Assembly: GCA_030747695.1 (NCBI GenBank)
Contig: JASLKG010000001.1
Span: 59,361-123,360 of the forward strand
DNA length: 64,000 nucleotides
Direction: 5' to 3'
Source of the DNA: Candidatus Poseidoniaceae archaeon
GTDB taxonomy: Archaea > Thermoplasmatota > Poseidoniia > Poseidoniales > Poseidoniaceae
Below the pieces are notes generated by a model. It worked only from the letters and a program-made list of their open reading frames with translations, did no database searches and was not told the origin of the DNA. Both the position numbers and the translations under genes were made by a program. Of this stretch, positions 28,787 to 38,400 are shown piece after piece. How positions within the stretch are numbered: position 1 is the stretch's first letter; each line of letters starts with the position of its first letter.

Positions 28787-29746
28787 TCAAGGAACAAAGT
28801 CATCATGGCTGGTTGAGAATTCGTTATCAAATCCACCTGGGTTTGCAAGTCTTGATTCAGACATCAATTGAACGACTGGCCAGAATCTCATGAACCATTC
28901 ACCTTCGTTAATCATTAGACGATACATAGGGTGCTGACTTGGGTCTTCAAATTCTTCTGGCGGTGGTAAACTATCGGGTAATTGTCTGAGTTCTGCAACC
29001 AAGTCGTACAACTTAAGGCGTTCATTTTTCTCTATTAGTGACATATCGCTCATCATTTCTACTAATTGTTCGACTAACTCCGCCATTTCTTCAGGAGAAG
29101 GTGTTTGTATTACAGAATCTTTGATATCAAGAGGGCCAAATACTACATTGCCCATCTCTGTACACAACATTTCGCCAGCTTGGTTTTCTATTTTCATCAA
29201 AATTTGGTTTTCTTTATTCCCAATAGGGGCTATTGCAAATCCACTGTCAGCCAATCCTCTTTCAATCCATTTTGGTAACTCTTCAATCTGGCCAGTAATC
29301 AAAACTCGATTCATTTCTGATATATCTTCAGAAAATTCTTCTGAAAGGAGCCTACATTCAATCGTTGGGTATCCTCGTAATCGGTTTGAAACGTGATTTA
29401 CGATTTCAATTGAAGGATCTAGTAGTATAACTCGGCCCTCTCCTCCAATAATATGTGCAATCAGAGCTGCAATATATCCGCCCTTTGCACCCACCACCAC
29501 AATTTGTTGTTTACTATCTAATTCTAAGTGATGAAGTAATGTTACAACCATATGTGGTGCTGAGATGGTCTTCACCCCTCCAAAAGAGGTCTCCAAAAAA
29601 ACAACTGGCCTATCATTGTAGAAAATGTTGTATTCATAATCTGTAAAATCACTAATACATACTGTAAGCAAAGCCTTTTCAACAGATTTTGAGATGCTCA
29701 GACCAGCGTTTTTCAATCTTCTAATTAGACCGCGCATCTCCTCCAT
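28787..29746 (-). CDS. protein-L-isoaspartate O-methyltransferase-like protein (divergent, C-terminally extended)
   Basis: TISAPHMV motif, altered SAM motif VVVGAKGGY, LPKWIERGLADSGFAIAPIG, VVFGPL; extra helical/acidic C-terminus of about 110 aa. Confidence 0.75.
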   Translation of the reverse strand: MEEMRGLIRRLKNAGLSISKSVEKALLTVCISDFTDYEYNIFYNDRPVVFLETSFGGVKTISAPHMVVTLLHHLELDSKQQIVVVGAKGGYIAALIAHIIGGEGRVILLDPSIEIVNHVSNRLRGYPTIECRLLSEEFSEDISEMNRVLITGQIEELPKWIERGLADSGFAIAPIGNKENQILMKIENQAGEMLCTEMGNVVFGPLDIKDSVIQTPSPEEMAELVEQLVEMMSDMSLIEKNERLKLYDLVAELRQLPDSLPPPEEFEDPSQHPMYRLMINEGEWFMRFWPVVQLMSESRLANPGGFDNEFSTSHDDFVP

Positions 29747-29857
29747 GAAACTACGCTGTTCTTCGCCATTTGTGAACCTTGTCTTTAATTTACATTTGAC
29801 GAATAAGTGTTATGATTATATGGCGCCTATTGCTAACACTATACGATAGCCGTGCAG

Positions 29858-30433
29858 ATGTCTCCATTTGAGTTCGTCACTATATTCTGCTCGCTGATTC
29901 TCGGTCTTACTCTCACGCATATTTTCGGAGCCGTATCTGATTTGTACGAGATTCGCAAACGTGTCAAGACTTATTGGCTCAACTCGCTTTGGGTCGTAAC
30001 TGTGATCATGTGGGCTATTTTCACTTGGTGGGGCCTGTGGAGCCTTTCCATTGATCTAATCGAATGGACATATGCTCAGTACTGGTTCCTTGTGATGAAC
30101 CTCTCTTCTATTTACTTCTTCACAACTCTAGTATTACCAAAAGCAACTGACGAGGGGATCATCGAGTTAGAGACTCACTACTATTCGGTTCACAAAGCAT
30201 TCTTCTCGATTGTTGCATTCTCTCTCTTCAGTTCAGCTGTGGTCAATTATACCTTATTTGGGGAGCCGATGATTGGTCCAATGACAATCATGCCTTCTAT
30301 TGTAGGATGTGCTGCGATAGGTGCGGTTTTCACAGATTCGAAATCATATCACAAATTCATTGGAGTCTTCATTTTTCTTATGTTTATTGCATTCCAACTC
30401 ACGGATAAGCTCGTGATTAGTTACGAACTATAA
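29858..30433 (+). CDS. hypothetical multi-pass membrane protein
   Basis: About 5-6 hydrophobic helices, Trp-rich (YWLNSLW, FTWWGLW). Start may be GTG 29852 or ATG 29858. Confidence 0.7.
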   Translation: MSPFEFVTIFCSLILGLTLTHIFGAVSDLYEIRKRVKTYWLNSLWVVTVIMWAIFTWWGLWSLSIDLIEWTYAQYWFLVMNLSSIYFFTTLVLPKATDEGIIELETHYYSVHKAFFSIVAFSLFSSAVVNYTLFGEPMIGPMTIMPSIVGCAAIGAVFTDSKSYHKFIGVFIFLMFIAFQLTDKLVISYEL

Positions 30434-30442
30434 AACAAAAAG

Positions 30443-31138
30443 TTACCTTCCTTTATTGGTTGTAATTAGGAGTGATAACATCAATCCAGCAACCCCTCCT
30501 GCAATTATTAGGGAGATATTTCCGGGCGTTATAGAAGAAAAAGCTACTGCGCCACCGACCATCAATGGCGGTGCAATCATCATAGTTCGCGTGACTATAA
30601 CAGCCTTATCTATAGAATTCTCAGGCATTACACTAATCGTCCGAGTTCTCTTCTGTAATCGTGAAGAAGGATAGTTCGCCTCTAGATGTTTGAGGACTTT
30701 CGTCCTTAGATCTAAATCACCTTTGGCAAATCTGAAAATAATTCTGATTTCATCAGCCTTTGTTAAAGCGTTTTCAATTATTGGTAGTGGATTTTTCATG
30801 TCTGTCAAAGAGACACATACACCAAAACCCTCTCCCCTTACATGTGAAAGTGCTCTCCAACCACCAATTCCTTGATTACAAGGTTCAAGGGCACTTCTCA
30901 GTGCAGATACATCTTCATCAACATCGTTCCTTCCCCTTTTTCTTCCCATTGCCAATATGGGAGTTAATACAATTGATGAAATTACAATTGTAAGCGCCCA
31001 GAGTATACCTGCATTGAGCAATGCATCCTCATCAAAAATAACAGATGCACCAACTGCTAACATAAAACCTGCATATAGCCCTAATACCACTGCAGCAGAA
31101 AGCCCGCGCCTAAACCCGACTCTCTCCTCCATGGACAT
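30443..31138 (-). CDS. hypothetical membrane protein
   Basis: Two N-terminal and two C-terminal TM segments around a soluble domain. Confidence 0.65.
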   Translation of the reverse strand: MSMEERVGFRRGLSAAVVLGLYAGFMLAVGASVIFDEDALLNAGILWALTIVISSIVLTPILAMGRKRGRNDVDEDVSALRSALEPCNQGIGGWRALSHVRGEGFGVCVSLTDMKNPLPIIENALTKADEIRIIFRFAKGDLDLRTKVLKHLEANYPSSRLQKRTRTISVMPENSIDKAVIVTRTMMIAPPLMVGGAVAFSSITPGNISLIIAGGVAGLMLSLLITTNKGR

Positions 31139-31192
31139 ACGGTGAACTAATAGTGCGAAAACATATCCCCTAAATCCATCTGGGGCAATGCA

Positions 31193-31960
31193 ATGCAGAG
31201 GAATGGACTCCCTGACCGTCGCCGTGAGAAAAAGATAGGCACATGGGTATACGGAATTAGTGGATTCATACTACTTTCAATGTTTATTGTACCGTTATAT
31301 TTGGATGAAGGAACTGTGCCAAAATTATCCGGTAAAGCAAATGCATTCGATTACGCAACACATGACTCCTGGGGGAATGTACAGGATGGTCCACAAGAAA
31401 CGCAATTTGGATCAGTAGGGCATAATCAAAGCGAATATGGGACTTTTGCATGGACTGATTTGGACCCATATGCTGCATTTATCTATGCGTTTGGCGACTT
31501 AAATTGCCACAACAAAGCAGAACGATCCTGGTCAATAAACGGTAACCAAATGCCAATGTGCGTAAGAGATGTTGGAATCTTCTTTGGTTTAGCTCTGGGA
31601 GGATATGTGTTTAGTAGAAGAGGCATAAATCGTTGGACTGTTAGAGATACCTTTTTGTCAATGTTTCCCGATGATCGTGTCGAATTCATTTACAAAAATG
31701 ATTACAGACTAAAATCTATGTTTGCATTACTTGCAATCTGTGCAGTGCCAATGGCTATTGATGGTTTTTCGCAAATGTTGCTAACTTCTTATGAATCAAA
31801 TGCTTTTATGAGATTGGTAACTGGAATCCCATTTGGTTTATTTATTGGAGCATATATAGGTGCTGGATTTAGTGCTAAGCCAAGTGGTTTTGACATGAAG
31901 GCAAGTAAGGTTGTGCTGCCTTTAGGTTGCAGTTTCACTATTGTTAGCGAAGAGGAGTAA
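31193..31960 (+). CDS. DUF2085 family membrane protein
   Basis: CHNKAERS....NQMPMCVRDVGIFFG, PMAIDGFSQ, RLVTG. Confidence 0.8.
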   Translation: MQRNGLPDRRREKKIGTWVYGISGFILLSMFIVPLYLDEGTVPKLSGKANAFDYATHDSWGNVQDGPQETQFGSVGHNQSEYGTFAWTDLDPYAAFIYAFGDLNCHNKAERSWSINGNQMPMCVRDVGIFFGLALGGYVFSRRGINRWTVRDTFLSMFPDDRVEFIYKNDYRLKSMFALLAICAVPMAIDGFSQMLLTSYESNAFMRLVTGIPFGLFIGAYIGAGFSAKPSGFDMKASKVVLPLGCSFTIVSEEE

Positions 31961-33313
31961 TCATTTTGGAGGCTCCATGGACCACCATATTAGTAATTCT
32001 TCCAAATTTTGTGGCACAGGACATTCAGCGTGTCCACTTGAAATCAAACTTAATCTTTCAATGACATGTTGAATCGCTTTTCTGATAGAAGGAGAAGGCT
32101 TCTTTTCATCATTGCCTACAAGAATCTCATTTAATGCAAATTTCCATTCTCGATTAGGATTTGCTCTACGCCAACTCGCCAAAGCAGTTCTTAACGGCCA
32201 CATTGCAAGACAAAGTCTCCCATAGCCAAGTCTACTTTTACGTAGTTTGAACATTTGTGCTTCTGCAAATGGCACATGACTTTGTTGTCGATGTATCCAT
32301 CTTTCCTGTTCTAACCATTTAACCATCCTTTGAGTATGTCTCTTTGTTACAGATCTAGCAGGCCCTAGTTGACCATGTAATTTTGGAACATCTGTAGTAT
32401 CAGTTAGGGAAAGAGTACCCAAAACTGCCCACGAAGCATGCGCTATAGGCCTTGAAGGAACATCAGATTCCCTCGCTCTCTTTTCATCCCATTCTTCCTC
32501 TGCCAGGTGCATCCAATGTGCAGGAGAATATCCATCTAACCAATCTTCTAATAATGAAATATGTTTTACAGGAGCTCCCGGTAATCTTTGTTGTGTTTGT
32601 ACGCCTGAAGTAAGCCTCTTCAGTAGATGCCTGTCCACTTCATCTAAATCTACATTGAGAGGTTCAGGTCGTCGATTGAAAAATTTCCTAACCGCCAATG
32701 AAAGTTCCTTTTCAAGTTCATCTAAACCACTTTCATTCAAAATCGGCCCAACTATGCATGATTTGTTAAATGGAGGAGGGGATTCTAACTCGCCAGACAA
32801 AATACCTGCAAAACCTGCACGAATCTTCGTTTGTATCTCCGTAGTTTCGAAATATTCTTGTTTTTGACCTGCCATCCTCAAAGTACCTGATTGTATCCTT
32901 TTCATTGCTTTGGCAGGGTCACAATCAATCCAAATAACAAGATCAGGTATCATTGCTGCAGAATTCATAGATGCAACTTGTTCGAGACCAAGTTCTCCAA
33001 CAACTCCTTGATAGACAAGAGAAGAATGTATGTTGCGATCAGAAATTACAAGATCACCATTTTGTAATTTCGGTTTAATCCAAGTATGAGAATGGTCTAT
33101 TCTATCAGCAGCAAAAAGACCAGCTTCTTGCAAAGGAGTATGGTCTCCTTTGCTTACAGCCTTCAAAGCTAGTTTACCCAATTCACTATGTCTCCTTGGT
33201 TCATGTGTGACATGAACATTAGGGAAAGGTAAGCGTTTGACTATTGAAGTCAGCAATCTGACAGCCTCGCCCTTGCCAGATCCGTCGCCTCCTTCGACGG
33301 TAATGAGGTACAT
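31961..33313 (-). CDS. tmk: thymidylate kinase with long C-terminal extension
   Basis: ITVEGGDGSGK, THEP, LFAADR, VISDR..SSLVYQG, PDLVIWID; about 230 extra C-terminal residues. Confidence 0.85.
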   Translation of the reverse strand: MYLITVEGGDGSGKGEAVRLLTSIVKRLPFPNVHVTHEPRRHSELGKLALKAVSKGDHTPLQEAGLFAADRIDHSHTWIKPKLQNGDLVISDRNIHSSLVYQGVVGELGLEQVASMNSAAMIPDLVIWIDCDPAKAMKRIQSGTLRMAGQKQEYFETTEIQTKIRAGFAGILSGELESPPPFNKSCIVGPILNESGLDELEKELSLAVRKFFNRRPEPLNVDLDEVDRHLLKRLTSGVQTQQRLPGAPVKHISLLEDWLDGYSPAHWMHLAEEEWDEKRARESDVPSRPIAHASWAVLGTLSLTDTTDVPKLHGQLGPARSVTKRHTQRMVKWLEQERWIHRQQSHVPFAEAQMFKLRKSRLGYGRLCLAMWPLRTALASWRRANPNREWKFALNEILVGNDEKKPSPSIRKAIQHVIERLSLISSGHAECPVPQNLEELLIWWSMEPPK

Positions 33314-33316
33314 GCT

Positions 33317-34177
33317 CTAATTATCCTCCTCTTCCCCTTGATCTGTAAATTCATCTTTGTTCATGACCAACAATATCATTCCTGTCAAAATTAATGCTGG
33401 TCCAAAGATAATCAATCCTCTGCTAAATAGTGCGACCCAACAAAGCTTTTGCGTTCTGCGATAATTCTTTGCACGCCTAATTTCAAATGATGCATGAGCT
33501 CCTACAAGTGCACAACCTATTGTGAACAAACCTTCCACTGTTGCAAGGGCAACAGCATTTTCCATAGACCAGCCACCTGATTTATTTCTAGTTTCTTCAT
33601 ATTCTGGTGGCACCTCTTCACCTATATTCATAGTAAAAACCATCTCAATTTTTTCCGTTGTGAAGTTTCTTATTACAGAAGTATAATTCGTTTTACTAAG
33701 CGTTATTTGATGATCCTTTACAGTAACACCATTCATTCCAAATCTTCCATCACTATTACTCTCCACAGATTGTATGAGTATTCCAGTTTCCAAATCTATT
33801 AATTCAATGTTGACGCCTTCTATGGCGTAACCATCACCATCAATGATTAACCCTCGTACATCTAAAACTTCATTTTCTTTCAACAAAGTAGAATTTAGTA
33901 AATCAGATGGATTTCCTTGCAAGATTAGAGTTCCAGAAACCATGCCCATTAGGGCACCAATCATTACCAGAACAGAAGCAAGTTTCCTACGTCTTTCACC
34001 ATCACTTATTTCTTCAGATTCTAATTCAATAAATTCAATTTCACGAGAAGGAGCAACAACTACAATTTCATCTTCAGCAGCCTTTTCTCTTCGACGCTTA
34101 TCCATTCTCGATTGGAATACCTTGTCACGAACACGTTCTCGCAACGCTGCAAGCCTGTTCGCCTTTTCTTCAGTCAT
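33317..34177 (-). CDS. membrane protein with carboxypeptidase-regulatory-like beta-sandwich domain
   Basis: Charged N-terminus, a TM segment, VRGLIIDGDGYAIEGVNI..SNSDGRF..LSKTNY pattern, two further TM segments. Confidence 0.65.
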   Translation of the reverse strand: MTEEKANRLAALRERVRDKVFQSRMDKRRREKAAEDEIVVVAPSREIEFIELESEEISDGERRRKLASVLVMIGALMGMVSGTLILQGNPSDLLNSTLLKENEVLDVRGLIIDGDGYAIEGVNIELIDLETGILIQSVESNSDGRFGMNGVTVKDHQITLSKTNYTSVIRNFTTEKIEMVFTMNIGEEVPPEYEETRNKSGGWSMENAVALATVEGLFTIGCALVGAHASFEIRRAKNYRRTQKLCWVALFSRGLIIFGPALILTGMILLVMNKDEFTDQGEEEDN

Positions 34178-34219
34178 GAAAAGCACTCCGCTATTTGTAC
34201 CCGAGGATGTGCGCGGATT

Positions 34220-35389
34220 TCACCCCTCCCCTTTATTATCCGCGAAAGAAGACCATACCACAATGGAACAAGCAATCATTGCAATGCCGAAAATAATTGA
34301 ACCAATAATTGAATTTCCTTTTACAATTTCATCATCATCTTCGTTTATTTCAACACCAGTTTCTTCAGTAGTATTGTCAATTATTGTTTCATTTTCAGAT
34401 ATAATTTCTTGAGTTCTAATACCAATCCACGCATTAGTTATCAATCCAGTTTCTACTAATTGACCAACTGTCTCTAAGGATTCGGCACTAACCTTGTCAT
34501 GTGTGTCATTGTGAGTGTGCCAGTGCCCTTCAAAAGCCTCAGAACCTTCACCATATTTTATGTCTATAATATCAATCGACGGTATTCCTTTAGCCATTGC
34601 CCAGATATGGTCATCATAAACAGTCTCAGTATCGTTTGAATCAAACGACTGATTGATGTTATGTCCACAACTATCCATATAATTAGCAACCTGAATTGTT
34701 CTATTCCATGCAGTTTGATTTCCTGGGTAGGAAGGAGAGATTGTTAGAAAAGCATCACCTACCATATCTACAAGTATGAATGATTCTATCGATTCAGCTT
34801 CTTCTTCAGTCAAATTTTGTGCCCATGATCTTGCTCCTAAGAACGAGGGAGTAACTCCTTGGTCTTCACCATCTGTGAAAAATAGTGTAACGCTATGTGA
34901 AAGGTTCATTGCTGGAATGTGTCTTGATAATTCTAATAATACCGCAACACCACTAGCTCCATCATTAGCGCCAAGTATTGGTTCATCTCTCATACTTTCA
35001 TTCGAATCCCTTTCGGCACGATCTCTAGTATCGTAATGTGCAGCCAAGTAAATTGAATTGTTGTATTCGTATGGGTTCCATGTGGCATAAAGATTTGTCA
35101 GTACCATCCCATCAGCATGGTGTGTACTTTCTGTTATTGACCAACCAGTCAAATTTTCTTTGATAGATTGTCTTAGAGCCTGGCTAGCAACTGAGCCAGG
35201 AGTTCTTGGTCCTAAAGAAGTTTGATAGTATACGCTTTCATTTGCAAGAGTTCCATTGAAACTAAGTTCATCTACAGTTGAACAGTCAGCCGAATCTATG
35301 ACAAATTCACTTGATGAATGCATGGAAGGGATTAGGCATGCTGATAGCAGTATAATGACTATACAACTCCCCCTCATGTATGATGCCAC
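34220..35389 (-). CDS. M28 family peptidase / glutaminyl cyclase-like, C-terminally membrane anchored
   Basis: AAHYDTR, GANDGASG, FTDGED, LVDMVG, DDH, WHTHNDT; signal peptide and C-terminal TM. Confidence 0.85.
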   Translation of the reverse strand: MASYMRGSCIVIILLSACLIPSMHSSSEFVIDSADCSTVDELSFNGTLANESVYYQTSLGPRTPGSVASQALRQSIKENLTGWSITESTHHADGMVLTNLYATWNPYEYNNSIYLAAHYDTRDRAERDSNESMRDEPILGANDGASGVAVLLELSRHIPAMNLSHSVTLFFTDGEDQGVTPSFLGARSWAQNLTEEEAESIESFILVDMVGDAFLTISPSYPGNQTAWNRTIQVANYMDSCGHNINQSFDSNDTETVYDDHIWAMAKGIPSIDIIDIKYGEGSEAFEGHWHTHNDTHDKVSAESLETVGQLVETGLITNAWIGIRTQEIISENETIIDNTTEETGVEINEDDDEIVKGNSIIGSIIFGIAMIACSIVVWSSFADNKGEG

Positions 35390-35465
35390 GTCTACTGACT
35401 CTTAAATACCTCATTTCAACTCGCTTATTTTGAACGCAGCACTGCGATTCATTGGGGACTAGAAA

Positions 35466-38400
35466 ATGTCTGAACCACGCTCTACTAAAGCATACGCAAT
35501 TGTTTTGATATTCTTGGTCTCTACATTGGCACCTTTTGTGAGTGCAGATGGCGATTCTCCACCCGGAGATGTAATAGAGAATTTCGAACCGGTATTTGGT
35601 GATATTAACCAGATGGTATATTCTGAAGCACACCCCTATATGGTTCCTGATTCAGATGAAAAGTTGTACAGCGCAACTCGTTTAATGAAGAATGCATGGG
35701 TTGACCAAGGAATGCCGGGAGTCGATGTTTCGACATCTCCTCAAGCCCTTTCTACAAGTGGCAGAGCTTGCACTCCATACAGCACTGGGGATTCTTTGAA
35801 TGTGCCAACTTCTGGAGGAAGTATTGATGTCACAGTAAAGAAAACCACTTCAACTGCTGCATTTATGGTGCAAGATGGAAGGACTTTATCATCAACCATA
35901 TTGAATAATTGGGCAAGTACTTGGGATCAAACAGTATATCCTACCCTAATGTCATATTTTGGAAAGGATTATTTTGATGGAAGAGGAATTGCCGCTCCAG
36001 ACGTAGACAATAATTGTCAGATTGAAGTTGTGATTTACGCTATTGATGGCGCATACAATACAGGAGGCTATTTCGCTCCGGGAATGTCATCATCCCGAGA
36101 AGCAATTTTTATCGATATTGACGATGCACCTCTTACTTGGTCGAAAGTAATACTTGCACATGAGTTGCAACATTTGTTACATAATGCTTTAGATCCTTAT
36201 GAGAATCTTTGGATTGATGAAGGAGCTGCAGATATGGCAGCATTCCTTTGTTTCGGAGGTTCTTCCACACTATACGGGCACGTCAATGCTTGGACTGAGG
36301 CTTCAGAAACATCTGTAAGATGGTGGAATCAAAGGATTGCAGATTATGGAGGTGGATTCATTTTCTTATTGTATCTTGCAGATCACTTGGGAGGAGGCCC
36401 TGCAATTAGAAAATTAGTGCAAGATTCGGCTACTGGAGGGGTAGCAATTGAGAATTTAGCTAGGAATCCAATAGATGCTAATCCAGGTGTAATCGGAAGA
36501 AATTATATTGATATTTTCACAAATTTCACAATTGCTTCGACATTGGACAGCGATCAGGGAATTTATGGATTATCAAATCTATACTTGACGCCTGTATGTG
36601 GTTCTAGTGATTTTTGTAGGATTCAACCTGCAGATACAAATTCAGATTGGATGGCGCCTTGGACTTCTACAGGGAATTCTATAGAAGGATGGGGTGTACG
36701 TGTTTTCAAATTCATACCGGGGGGGGCAGCACCAGCACCACTTACAATGAGATTCACAGGGGATCAAGTTGGCATGGATGGGGTAATTATGAGTAGAGCT
36801 TCTACAGATGGAACCTATACACGTTCTGATATCAATTTCAATGGAGCTGTAGGTACTGCCTTAGTTCCAGGCTTTGGAAATGTTACAGATGAAATTTGGG
36901 CGATTACATGGTTTGCATCAAATAAAGGCGATTGTGATTATACTTCTTGTGGAAGTTCTTACCCTCAAGGTATTATTGATGTTGAAGCAGCAAGGATTAC
37001 TTCACCAGCAGAGTTGACGATGAATGGAAGTACGAGTAGCGACAGAGATGGAGATTCTTTGACTGACACTATACAATTAGGCTTTGATGTTTTATCAAAT
37101 GCATTCTTTGAAGATTTAGATGTAACTATAGAAGCAAAAAACAGTTCAGGAGTGATTGTAGACACTATTCAATCAAGAGTACAGGCAGGGGGGGGTTCTC
37201 CTGTAACCACGCAATTTTGGTTCACTTCACCATCTTCAGAATTATATTCCTTTGATTTAACAATGAGAGATATGCTTGGTGATGTAATTGATTATGTACA
37301 ATCAAGTCCTATCTATCTTGATAACATGGCTCCTGTGGCCAATTCAAGTATCGACCCAGTAGAAGCCCAGACTTGGGACAATATTCAATTCATGGGTGAT
37401 GGATTCGATGCATGGGGATTATCATATGATAACAATACACTTCCTAATCTAGATTTACCAGTTGCTTACGCTTGGGATTATAATGATGGTAACACTTCAA
37501 GCCTCAAGAGCCCAGTAAGATCGTTTACAGACGTAGGCCAATACAATGTATCATTGAGAGTAAAAGATAGTGGAGGAACATGGTCCTTAACTGATATCAA
37601 GCAAATAAACATCACAGATTCTTCCGAACCAATCCCAGTGATAACTGTGGCTGGACAAATCATTGAAGATAATTATACAATCTTGACTGGGCAGAGAATA
37701 TTGTTTGATGCAAGCAGAACTTCTGACAATGTACCGATTTCACATCTAACTTTTACGTGGGATTGGGGCGATGGATCATTGGAAGGAGGTAAAGGATTAT
37801 CTCAAGCTAATCATTTGTGGGCTGACGGATTAACTTGGGAAACTAGTTACAATCTTACACTTTGGATTTCAGATGGTGTTAATACGGTTAGTAAAGTAAT
37901 TGAAATAATTGTAAGAAACCGTGCACCTGGTCAGATTTTTAATGATATGTTAACTATTGAAACATATACTCCACTAAGTTTGCCAGATGTCTTTGAAGAC
38001 GTAGATGGTGATGTAGTAAGTTGGACATGGGCCTTCGAAGAAGGTGTAAATCTTGAAGGCGGTATTTTGGATAGAACCGATTTATTTGTAGATTTATTAT
38101 CCAATGAACAAAATCCTATAGCTGCATGGAATAAAGAAGGTCTCAAAAATGTTAGTGTAACAGTAACTGATGATGATGGCAACGTTTCATCCACTCTAAT
38201 TCTTGTAAATGTATTGAATCAACATCCAGTTGCACAATTTACAGTTAGAGATAGCTCATCTGCTGGAAGTCCAAAAATTGATTTTAGATACGAAGATGGT
38301 GAAGTTGACGTTCCTTATACATATGATGGAAGGGAAAGTTATGATCCAGATGGAACCAGTGGTGACTCAAGCGTTTTAGAATTCCAATGGGAGTTCTCAG

